Made by a program: the position numbers and the translations under genes | DNA from: Convolutriloba macropyga | Lineage: Eukaryota | Assembly: GCF_964194025.1 (NCBI RefSeq) | Contig: NC_134476.1 | Coordinates: 25,792,001 to 25,856,000 of the forward strand | Length of the DNA: 64,000 nucleotides | Reading direction: 5' to 3' | Shown here: positions 15,001 through 25,099 of the stretch, one piece after another | How the letters are laid out: every line of letters starts with the position of its first letter | Numbering within the stretch: the first letter of the stretch is position 1 | Notes under the pieces: generated by a model | What the model saw: the letters and a program-made list of their open reading frames with translations, nothing else | Database searches by the model: none | Told to the model about the DNA's origin: nothing

Positions 15001-18000
15001 ACGAACTCGACAGCTGCACCTGGAGACTTCTATGCAACTGTGGGATCTGCAATCCAATGAAAAAACTCTGGCCAAACGAAAACTGAAGGGTTTTGCACCC
15101 GTGGGCTCCGACCCTAAAGACTCTCCTACTACTACTACTACTTTAGTTGTTTCATTTCCACGGGAGACCACAAGCTCCTATAACGGCTACTTTCCGGCAA
15201 TCTGCCGGCTATATTTTTTTATCAAAAAAGTCAACAACAAGAGAGGAGTGTTGATTTTCTCAGTTCAATTTCTTTAACACAATTATTACAACGAAAAAAA
15301 AATTTTCCTTTCATATCGATTTGATTTTTTTTGTCTTTCTGAGATTTCCTTTTTAGAGTGCTGTTTCTGTGATGAGGTGGGTTTTATTTTATCAAAGATG
15401 ATCAAATTTTTTGTCCCTATTTCTCCATGCAGGAATTGCCACCACTGTTTCAGCTAAATGTTCACTTCAAAAGGGCTGCATTTTCGTTCTATACCCTGCA
15501 ATACCCGGAACATTTTATTGTATTACATAAGACTCTTAGCTCTTTTCGTTTGAAAATGCAGAAACTTGGATTCTTTTCACTAATTTATGATTTTATCCCA
15601 GCTAAATTGTTTTTTCTGAACGCTTTTATCTTCTGAAAAAATCATCAACACGAAAATGAACACATTCAATAAGCTGCTTCAAATTACGCTAGAATATGTC
15701 GTCATAGACCAGCTTTAAGATTTGAAGTAAAATTAAAATAAACACGGTGCTCATTTCTTTTCTGCTTCAATGGTCAACTGCCGCCATGTGAGTTCCACTA
15801 ATTTTTAGATCGAGTTAACTTCCTTTGAGAACAGTTGAAAACAAGCATAAAAGCGTGAATCTTGATGACATCAATTGAAAAATCTAGTCTCCGCAAATTA
15901 GTCTTGAAAGAAATCAGATAGAGGTTGCCATCCAGTTCTTGGGTCACTCTTGGAAATACTTTGTTTCGCATACTATTATATTTCTTTATTTTAACTCATT
16001 TTTGCTTCAGTATAACCTTCTCTTTCGCAATAAACCAAAAATAAAACTTAACTTTTGTCATTCTGGCCAATATGATTATTTTTCTTTCATTTTTGTGCTA
16101 CGCGTATCCTTGAAATAAGAAAAAACAGTTATCTCTGATTGGCTTAAATAATTTTTCTGACAGAACAAAACGACCGAACGGTTCTATCTTTCAGGACAAG
16201 TGGGAAATACCAAAAGAAGAGGTTACTTTCCACAAAGTGTTGGGTTCTGGCCAGTTCGGAGAAGTCTGGCGGGGTCGCTGGAACAACATTCTGGACGTGG
16301 CAGTTAAGATTCTCAAGTCTGAGAGTACTATGAAGATAGAAGAGTTCTTAATGGAAGCGAGAGTTATGAAACAGTTACATCATAAGCACCTTGTTCAATT
16401 ATATGCAGTATGTAGTGAGTCAGAACCAATGTATATTATAACAGAACTTGCGGAGCATGGCAGTTTGAAAGACTTTCTTCAAAAAGACGCCGAGAATTTG
16501 AACACCGAGTTTTTGACAGGAATTGCAGGTAATGAAACTTTTTACACAAAACTTTATTCGTCTATAATCTAAAAAAAGTGAGCTGGCCACTTTTCTATAC
16601 AGGCAAAATAAAAGCTTATTGGACTGTCGTACAACCAAGCCTAGCTATGACCTCTTGTGGTCTTGATGTCATTTCGAGCGCTGAAGTGACAAATGTGCGG
16701 TCGTTTGAGTCTCATCAGGGATCAATTCTTTCAGGGAAAGTTTTATCTGGTTTAGCTCAAACTAATAGTAGGTTGCATAGACGCCAATTTTTTCGATGAA
16801 CCCGGGTAGAGAAAAAAGTAATCTTGCGGTGAATGCATTTAAGTAGAGCGCTAAAGGGAGTAAGTTTTCATCGCACTTACAATTAATTTTACATTAATTT
16901 GTAGCATTTTTAAAAATACTGGGTTTAAAAAGCTTATGATATGGCCTAACAACCATTTAGGATGAATTTATTTTCAAAAATTTTGAACAAAATTGTCAAT
17001 GGGGACGTTTAATGGGCTTTTAATGGGGACGTCGTGGATTTTATCAATTAAAAGAATTTGAATTGTCTTGGTGCGCTGTCTTTTTTTAAGATCTGTTCAC
17101 GCCTTTTTCGAGTTCTTCACGTCAAATGAGATTGGCGATTCTGGTTACTCTGAAATAGTAAGAGAAGCAAAAAATCAAACAGGTTTAAGGCGTAACTTTT
17201 TTCAAAATACCTTTAAAGTGGAGTGAGAAGTTGGTGTTTGAACAATTTGGCGGTTTCTGAGATTGATTTTCTTCAGGTGCATCAATTTAACATCCGTTTT
17301 CGGAGTTTCTTCTGCCTCAGTTCTTTTAGGATGGTACATATGTTATCTAATTGTGCCTATTTGCTTTTGCTTGAATTCATTAAGGGCAGCTAAAACTTTT
17401 TATGACTGCCACTATTTGTTGTCATAAAACATTAGTGAATTTTAGATTTTGCCCTTTTTAAATCTATCTGGTGTCTTATCTTTTAGTACCATCAATGACA
17501 AGTCTGATTGCTGCTTAATGAGGCATGAAAAACCTAATTAATGGCTCGAGTTAATAGCTAGTAGTTTTCATGACTTCGACAATACTTTTCTCAAAATTTT
17601 GAGTGAATTTTTTAGTTCAGCAAGTATGTATTGCATTTTTTGATGTATCACCATTTGACTTCATTGAAGACAGCTTTCTGATGCCGCTAAGAGGGTTAGG
17701 TTTATCAATTTAACCGTTTTTGTTCGAATCTATTACTTTCTATGACTTGACACTGCAAGTTTTCCTACTCAATTTTGTCGTCTTAACTTAGTCTCATTTT
17801 CTACAGGTCTCATTGGTTGCCGGTTGCTAACAAAACTTCAACTAAAGTCTGTTATTTCAGTTCATAGATATTGCTCTTTTGACTTATACGCTTGTTTGTT
17901 TCTAAAAAAATCAGAGTGACGTTTTATTTTCGCTTGTGTCCTTGTTTTTATTGCTGTCTTATCACCTAATCTCATTGACAACAGATCTCAACGGTGGTCA

Positions 18001-20550
18001 GTGAGGACTCAATTAATTGATATAATTGTATCTTTCAGCAGCTGGTGCGTTCTTTGATTCTTATACTAAGTGTCGGCAAGCTTTTGTTGCAAATTTTGTG
18101 TTTTGTGTCTTATAATTTAATATTATTATTGAGAGGACTTATCAACATTTATTGACAATTTCATAGCAGCTATTTTCTTTTCAAAAAAAAAATTTTTCAA
18201 AATTTTGATCCTATCTTTTCAAAAAAAAAATAAAATTGAAATTTTAGTCTTACTTGTTTTTGTTGTTCTGGTGTTGTTTTTTTGCTTAGTCTCATTACTA
18301 ACAGCTCTCAGTTGTCTTTTAAAACGTAGTTAGTGATTGTCAGGTCAAAAATTAGTAAACGTCTTTGAATTATATTTCAGGACTTGTCCTGCTATGTTTT
18401 TTTTAATGCGTCGTCTCCATCGATGATTCCTGCGACCTGATTTCTAGAAATTGAATTTTTCAACTTCAGGGAGTTCAACTGATTTACAGTTAAAGTTGGT
18501 GTGCATGACGTCATTTTTTCTGCTTTTACACCAATTGCGTGACTTACCTTACTCAAGAAAATGGCTTCTGAATCCACTTAATGAACTTTAAATTTTATGA
18601 TAATTTACTAGTTAAAGGACTGGTGGTCAATCTGTCTTATTTCTCTAGTTGTTTCAATTCATGGAAGGCCACAAGCATCTAGCACGGCTATTTTCCGGCA
18701 ATTTGCAGGCTAGTTTTTTGTTGGGGAATGTTGGTATAAAACTGTTTACGCAAAGAAAAATAAATGCAACACTAATTGGTCAGTTAAGTTTTTTTCTGAG
18801 TCAGTCGTAAAGCAACGGAATTCGTGGCAGATAGAAACACTTTATGATACCGAATAAGAAGTGAAACCGCGCAAAAATTTTCATATTCGACACATTTCCA
18901 TCTCCTTCAAGAATTTCATTCATTCAGAGATGTATTGTTGTATACTACTAAGCTACACTCAATTACAGACCAGGCAAAATCATTCTAATATAAATAAAAT
19001 ACTAGCGCCATGTGGAACTAGGCAAAGGTGTGAAGGCTTGTCACATACTTTATTAATGTGGACACAGACGTCATTTTTAAAAATCTAAATTGAGACCTTC
19101 TTGCTTGCATTGGCCAGTTTTTTTTACCTCGCTGTTATCATAAAAAGATTTGGTGTGGTAATTTTCCAATGCTCATCATATTACCTGTTATATAAATTGT
19201 CAGCTTATTGCAATTAAACGTTGAAAAGACTTCTCAGTACACTCGACGAAACTTTCCTTGTGGTATGCCGTTCTAAAACATGCTAAAACTTTTTAATCTT
19301 GCCATAAATGTTTCCATGTAACATCATAATATGTACGAACTCCCTAGATAATTGCGTTTGGTATCAAGAAACAATATCATCTCAAGATAACCAAGAAAAA
19401 TTAGACATGGAAAATATGCCAAATCGTTGTACAAATTAAAAAAGCACCTTTATACAATATTTAGCAGGAGTTCATAATATTCAAGAATTATGGTTGATTT
19501 GAGGACTTCAATAGAAGTGAATTGTTATAGTGTTGTTCGCAGGTGACATTGCGAGTGGGATGAGCTACTTAGAGTCTAAAGACTTCATCCACAGGGACCT
19601 GGCAGCCAGGAATGTAGTTGTGGGTCGCAACACTGTCTGCAAGATATGTGACTTTGGACTGGCCAGGTGGCTCACAACTGATTTCTACCAAGCCAGGAGG
19701 GGAAGTAAGTTCCCAGTGCGCTGGACTGCCCCAGAGGCGATGCTGAAGGGAAAATTCACGATGTAAGTCGAGCTGTAATTTAAATTGATACATAAAGACA
19801 GCAGTTAAAAGACGTAAAATTTGGGTTGATTTAGGTTGTAACTAAGAGCTGAGAAATAACTCCACAATGTTTAATTGCTCAACTTTTGCAGTTTATCTAA
19901 TTTAATTATCATAACTTATTTTTTTTGTGTACACATCAAGAATTTTTTCTCGTAGTTCAACTTAATTTAGTGAACACTATAGTTATACAAACAGATGTCG
20001 TATAGGATGAAATTATAAAAATGGATGAACATACGCATGAATAGCCGCAAATATTTTCTTACCCCCCCCCCCTCCCCACCTATTGTTTTTTATAACCCCA
20101 ATTACGAATTATATGAATTGTTATATAGCACGTTACTATGTAAAAAGAACGTGCGCCTGGGGGGGGGGGGGGGGGGGGCACTATAAGCCCACTAAGCTAG
20201 GGATTTTAGAGCGTACGTTTAATTCATCTGTGTCTGTTTTAATCAGAAAGTCAGACGTGTGGAGTTTCGGGGTGCTGTGCTACGAGATTATAACCAAAGG
20301 CCAGACTCCCTACAAGGGCATGAGCAACAAAGAGGTTATGCAATTTGTAATGAAAGAGAACAAACTCACAAAGCCAGCTCATTGTCCAGACTGGTACTAC
20401 GAAGTCATGACCAAATGCTGGAGGAAGGAGGCGGATACGAGGCCATCTTTCAGGCGGATTTTAAAAGTGATTCACAAAAACTGCGCTGATGAAATTGCGA
20501 ATAGTTTGGACGCTTCAGACGCCGAAAAGAGTTCCGCAGTTGAAAACTGA
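1..20550 (+). CDS. Src/Frk-family non-receptor tyrosine kinase (SH3-SH2-kinase), 5'-partial; join(<1..92,869..1073,4362..4520,16195..16528,19543..19762,20247..20550)
   Basis: The exons have GT/AG junctions in matching phases (2,0,0,1,2) and total 1314 nt without internal stops. Motifs: SH3 end GYVPSNY; SH2 [18 protein letters not shown]; kinase [48 protein letters not shown]...[12 protein letters not shown] rather than HRDLRAAN fits Frk/Src42A-like rather than vertebrate SrcA/B kinases. Confidence 0.93.
269..521. mobile_element. MITE with CAC...GTG termini and TA flanks (EnSpm/CMC-like non-autonomous element)
   Basis: Left end ta|CACACTAAAAAAGTTAAGGTAAGTTCACTTTAA; the right end reverse-complements to ta|CACAAATAAAGTTCAGGTAATTTTACCTTAA. 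The interior has repeated GTTAAGGTAA motifs. Confidence 0.7.
869..1073 (+). CDS. kinase exon: SH2 core
   Basis: Acceptor TTTTCCAG|G; reads [16 protein letters not shown]...[11 protein letters not shown]...VQHWKIDV...DPTEE; donor GAG|GTATTA. Confidence 0.88.
1150..1270. repeat. 12-bp minisatellite, about 10 copies of (T/C)ACCTTCGAATG
   Basis: Directly visible; it produces the spurious LRMY/EGTF ORFs. It may be the interior of a small element bounded by TACTGAAAA (1129) and TTTTCCAGTG (1420). Confidence 0.9.
4362..4520 (+). CDS. kinase exon: SH2 C-terminus and SH2-kinase linker
   Basis: Acceptor TTGACAG|TCG; reads [53 protein letters not shown]; donor AAG|GTACTT; 159 nt, phase 0/0. The ORF track lists another frame here. 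Confidence 0.9.
4741..5844 (+). mobile_element. Helentron-associated non-autonomous element (HINE/DINE-1-like), copy 1
   Basis: 5' AATAGCCGCG (4745) with a nearby partial inverse GCGGCTATT (4763). The 3' subterminal inverse CGCGGCTATT (5809) is followed by the hairpin CTGGCA-ATT-TGCCAG (5821-5835). Both ends lie in T runs. Confidence 0.7.
5990..9170 (+). mobile_element. degenerate CR1/L2-group LINE ORF2 (APE endonuclease + RT), many stops and frameshifts
   Basis: APE motifs [32 protein letters not shown] motifs YRPISLLP (~7563), [21 protein letters not shown] (~7952), YSDNT (degenerate YADDT, ~8048), [12 protein letters not shown]. Confidence 0.88.
9690..13900. repeat. shuffled diverged block duplications in kinase intron 3
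   Basis: 11250-11720 ~ 12620-13090; 10755-11060 ~ 13140-13400; 10035-10165 ~ 12500-12620; 11775-11885 ~ 13790-13895; 9720-9950 ~ 11895-12330. Confidence 0.75.
12357..15220 (+). mobile_element. HINE-like element copy 2, containing a nested LINE fragment
   Basis: 5' end TAGCCCCGAAGTGATAGCAGCTATTATTGGG matches copy 1. The block beginning TCAGGACTTATCCTGC (~13897) is shared with copy 1. 3' end CGGCTAC plus hairpin CCGGCA-ATC-TGCCGG (15194-15208). Confidence 0.65.
14335..15141 (+). mobile_element. 5'-truncated CR1/L2-group LINE (ORF2 C-terminus, 3'UTR, (CTA)n tail)
   Basis: Open ORF 14433-15086 with [14 protein letters not shown]...TKLNAYIGY...IEKIQHKA...[13 protein letters not shown]...[14 protein letters not shown]. 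It ends in CTACTACTACTACTACT and interrupts the HINE sequence ATTTCT|TTAGTTG, which is contiguous in copy 1. Confidence 0.88.
16195..16528 (+). CDS. kinase exon: N-lobe (Gly loop, VAVK, alpha-C, hinge)
   Basis: Acceptor CTTTCAG|GAC; reads [25 protein letters not shown]...VAVKILK...[15 protein letters not shown]...TELAEHGSL; donor GCAG|GTAATG. Confidence 0.95.
17023..18718 (+). mobile_element. HINE-like element copy 3 (5' end eroded, about 1 kb different interior)
   Basis: GGGGACGTCGTGG...AAAGAATTTGAATTG...GCGCTGTC matches copy 1. 3' end CATGGAAGGCCACAA...CGGCTATTTT plus CCGGCA-ATT-TGCAGG. Confidence 0.65.
19543..19762 (+). CDS. kinase exon: catalytic loop, DFG, activation loop
   Basis: Acceptor TTCGCAG|GT; reads [23 protein letters not shown]...[31 protein letters not shown]; donor AT|GTAAGT. 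Confidence 0.95.
20159..20178 (+). repeat. G20 homopolymer (a C-rich run lies at 20062-20080)
   Basis: Directly visible in the last kinase intron. Confidence 0.9.
20247..20550 (+). CDS. kinase terminal coding exon: C-lobe and tail
   Basis: Acceptor TTTAATCAG|A; reads [25 protein letters not shown]...[12 protein letters not shown]...SAVEN*, with TGA ending at 20550. Confidence 0.93.
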
Positions 20551-20631
20551 AAACAACGTTTTTGTAGTCGATGCAGATTTTTTTTTGTAGAAAGGAAAGA
20601 GACAAAAATTGTTATCTGAGCTCTCGTGTTT

Positions 20632-20637
20632 AATAAA
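20632..20637 (+). promoter_or_regulatory. candidate polyadenylation signal of the kinase gene
   Basis: First AATAAA after the stop codon, about 80 nt downstream; the AT-rich background lowers specificity. Confidence 0.45.
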
Positions 20638-20904
20638 GCCATGTAGGAAAGTAGGTCTTCTAAAATCTCAGCACTTTAGATCATATTGGTGCTCCGTCTT
20701 TTTCGCAAATTTTTGGAATATCATTTTCCGCACATTTTTGATCAAGTTCAGCATTTGAAACGGGATAAACTGGAAAAGTGGAGTACACAAGGTCATCCCA
20801 GAGTGGTGAAGTACAAAGAGGAGGTTAGGGTTTGCAGTGTACTAGGTGCAGTGTCCTGAGCTTACCCGGAAAACATGAGTTTTACTTGATATGAAACGCG
20901 AGCA

Positions 20905-23670
20905 AATCTTTGAATACTGATCCCAAAAGTCAAGAGGCGGGTTGACTTCGAGAATCGTGTCACCCATGAACGGGGACAATCTATACCAATTATTTTCTGA
21001 CCTCTCACCCAATGAATGGAAAAATAAAAATTTTATGCTTTATCATACGGGTTGAATTTCAGAGGCGGGAAAAACTGAAAGGAAGATCAGGAATGTTTAC
21101 CTCAAACAGTTGTTACAAGAACGAAGCGATTGTGATCCCTTTGTAATTGGGGCTGAGCTTGTGATATTAACAATGATCGTTTTTGAACCACAATTTTCTA
21201 ATTGTTTTTTTTTCTCTATCTTCACTCAACTTGAAATTCATTGGTCTTAGCGACAGGGAAAATTTGGTTTTTTAAAAACAAGAACAGATTACTGAAAATC
21301 TTGTCCAAATAATTCATATTCGTTTTGAGACATTTCAGACGTAAAAGCATTGACCACTAAACTAATCAAAAACTCCCATAACAACCAGGCTACCAGCTCA
21401 TAAGTTGAACGATCTATTTTCTTAAATTTTCACTTTGATTTGCAAAAGTGACAAACATACAATAATCTTAAACTGTTCTAGAGAAATGGCCACTAAAACG
21501 TTTGCTAGCGAATTAATTAAACGGCACAAGTTTGTTGGAATTTTGATGCCGTATTTTTATTTCTGCTCAATTAGCCTGTGGTTCAATGTATTATGCCGGC
21601 AGGCTTCAGGATTGTGATTTTTGAAAAAGATTGGAAAATGAGAAAAAATTCAACTTTCGAGACAGTGACGATGCAAAGAAAACCTAGTTTTTGTGTAGTC
21701 GGAAGGGATCATTCTGTGTATCAATTTTTTTGTGATAATTTTTTTTATTCCAAAAAAAATGAAATCAAAATCGAAAGCAAATTACGTAAAACTCTGGCAG
21801 CATAGCTGTTATCTTGATGACAGATTTATTGAAGGTATCGAAAACGAACTTTGCAAAACGTTGGCAATTCTCACCGAATCAGGAAAAAACTGCTTGTGGA
21901 AATCAAGAAGAATAAGTATGAAATATGGCCAATCAAAAGCATGACAACAAATGACAGTTTGATCCAGAAGAACTGTGTAGATGAAATTGAAGTTTTAGGA
22001 GCTGCTAAAAGATCTGATCTTTTTGTTGCTTCTTGTATACAAAACCCGTCAAAAATAGAAGATTTATTGGACAGTTCAGCATTGAAATCCTTCAAAAATC
22101 CAATTTGGTTCAGCGTGCAGCATCTGAAGGAATTCTAGGTTTTGTGACGCCACATTCCTCTTGGGAACAAGCATGCATCCCAAACACAACACCAGTCAAC
22201 GAAAAAGACAATCAGCAGATCAAGTTCAGGCTGCATAATTTTGATCCGTTTTTCAGTCTTCAATTCTTGTCGAAAAACTAAGAGACCCGATTGCAAATGA
22301 AGACATCTCATTTGTTATGGCAATTGACAATTTGGGCTGAATTGCGACAACACATCCCTCTGAAAGAAAAATTCAGGAAGAACCTGATAGCTCAGCTCGC
22401 TGAAATTTGTTAGCAAAACAAAATTACATTAGAAATAAAGTTCGTTAAAAATTGCTTTAGGTTCCGCAGTCTTTTGCCTGGATATCCGAACCCCCATTCC
22501 AGCTATGAGATTACACCTATCTCCCAATGAGCTCCATGTTGCACTTAAATACTGACTAGGTGTTAAATTGTACAAAAACAAGAAAAAATATCACTTCTGT
22601 AAATCGGGGACTCTAAATGTAATGGGCGATGATGCTGTGCCCAGCCAAGGTCGGGGTGATATGATCTCTTGTCGTAATCGTATACGATAAAAAATTAAAT
22701 CAGCTTGCTTGTGCTTGGGAGCTATCTTTGAATCCTAATCCCAACAGTCAAGAGGCGAGTTGACCTTGAGAACTATGTCACCCGTGAGCGGGGACAATTT
22801 ATACTGATTATTTTTTGACCTCTCACCCAAGGAATGGGGAAATCAAAGTTTTTTGCTTTATCATACGGCTTGTAATTCAATGGCGGAAAAATCTGAAAGT
22901 AAGATCAGGAAGTTTTACCCCAAACAATTTCCTTAAGAACGAAGCGAGTGTTATTCCATTGGTGGTTCAACCAATGAGTTGGGAAATCGAATTTTTATGC
23001 TTTATCATACGGGTTTTAATTCAGTGCCGGGAAAAATCTAAAAGCAATATCAGGAAGTGTTACCTCAAACATTTTTTACAAGAACGAAGCGGTTGTGATC
23101 CCATTGGTAATTAGGGCTGAGCTCGTGATATTAACAATGATCGTTTTCGAACCAAGATTTTCTCATCGTTCTTTTTTCTGTTTTCACTAAACTTAAAATT
23201 CATCGGTCTAACTATAAACAAGAACGGGCCGCTGAAAGTCTGATCCAAATTATTCATATTTATGTTGACATTTCAGCCGTAAAAGCACTGAACACTAAAC
23301 GAACAAAAAGTTCCGATAACGGCCAGGCTACCAGCTCATACGTTAGACGACCTATTTTCTTAAGTTTTTCACTTTGATTTGGAAAAATGACAAACATCAA
23401 ATAATTTTAAACTGTTCTACATAAATGGCCACTAAAAGATTTGCCAAAGAATTGATAAAACGGCAAAAAGGTTGTTAGAATTTTGATGCCGTAATTTTAT
23501 TTCTGCTCAATTAGCCGGTGGTTCGATGTTTTATGCCAGCAGGTCTCAGGGTTGTGATTTTTGTAAAACTTTAACCTTCATTAAACTCTAAAGTATATTG
23601 AAAAAAGGAGAAAAATTTCAAATTTGGAGACAGTAACGATGCAAAGAAACCCTAGTTTTTGTGTATTTGT
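20905..23670. repeat. direct repeat pair (~20905-21690 and ~22725-23670), the second with an internal ~160-bp duplication
   Basis: Both copies start ATCTTTGAAT..ATCCCAA.AGTCAAGAGGCG and end GACAGT.ACGATGCAAAGAAA.CCTAGTTTTTGTGTA. Confidence 0.85.
21790..22720 (+). mobile_element. relic of a CRE-clade (REL-endonuclease) non-LTR retrotransposon
   Basis: YLDD RT motif (SCYLDDRFIEG), IEVLGAAKRSDLFVAS (typically LGAPIGS), SWEQACIP (WxQAxLP), and a degenerate MGDDA...GDMISCRNRIR region. Confidence 0.6.
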
Positions 23671-25099
23671 GTTTTCGAGTAAATTCTCCATAAGAGTCCA
23701 TTCTGCATATTAAATTTTTTTCGTGAAAATCTGTTTTTCAAGATGAGGTAGATATGAGACACATTTTTTGTTTTTTTTTTCGTCTTTCCACCAGTTGTAA
23801 TTACTGTGTTTATTGTGTTTTTTTTTGCAAAAAGCCACTGAAACGGAGCTGAAAAAGAAAAAAACATCCAGAAGATTGCAGAAGTAATTAACTGTCTAAG
23901 GTAATGTACTTGCTGCATAAGCGTAGTTTGTTCCGAAACAAAAATTGAAAACCGTATTTTAGCTTTGCTTGTGATTTCGATTAGTTTATTCGATATTTGA
24001 ATCTTTCTTATGAGAATTTAGTAGAGGAAACCCCGGTGGTGGATCTCTATAAGGCGAGTACTATTTACATAATACCAAGCTTGCATCCATTTCATTTATT
24101 GAAATACTGCGAAAACAAGGCTCAATTGGTGTTAAAAATTAAACGGCAGATGATGAAATTTCCGACGCTTCTTGATGGCTTCTGTTAAATCCTGCTCTAG
24201 GCTATGAATGCGTGCTAAATCTTGTTTAAAGGTCTTTTATAAATTTCAAACTGAGTATGTCTTTCCATGTCATGGTGAATCTTTCTTTGAACCCATGCAA
24301 GATCGTAAAAATGTTGAAGTTTTCATAGCAAGTGTCATGACAAGAGATCCTGCGATGTTTAGTCAATTAGTATGTTTCTTATCTTTTTAAATCAAATTTA
24401 TGTTCAAATCCCTGTGAGAGTGCCGAGAAAGTGCTCCTAGCCGACAAATTTAACTAAAAAATGCAGGGAGATATTAAAATTTTGATACTCTGAGATTTTC
24501 TCGAATTTGGTTCAATTTTTTTTTCACCCGGGGAAACAATTTGTTTGAAACTAATATGCCCGAGTAGAAAATATTTTGGTGGTTGTCCATTGGGTTGGAG
24601 TTATTTCCAGGAATCTCATTTATAAACAACATAGCGGGAAATTGATACAAAATTGGTAAAAGATGGAATTTGAGAAAGCTTATTTTCTTCTTATCATTTA
24701 AACTATATCACGGCAACAAAAATTGACTCAAGTGGTTCACAAACTGCAAAAAAGGGGAAAAGAAGAACGACAGCTTCTTCAAAAAAATGGATTTGCTGCA
24801 TTTAGATTTACGGCTATCCGACAAAAGGAAGCAGACCGACCCCAAGTTTCCAGCTTAAATATTGAAGTTGATTTAAGTTTACATAAAAGTTTTGCCGAGA
24901 AACGAAACAGTGGATAATGGTGATTCGGACACCAGAAACAAATGAAATATTCAAGTTTAGTTGATTTTTCTGATCGAATTTAATTTCATATGAGAGGAAT
25001 TAATTTACCATGACTTCAATTATAAAAATTTATTAATCAAATAAAAACTCAATTTTTAGTGAAATCATTTTCTATGCAAAATGAAACCTCAATAAGTAA

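Noticed and set aside
16164-16194. Upstream alternative acceptor (TGACAG) for the kinase N-lobe exon
   Set aside because: It adds 31 nt and breaks the frame.
20083-20246. N-terminal part of ORF 20083-20550 with poly-Gly
   Set aside because: This is intronic read-through of the G20 run; the real exon begins at 20247.
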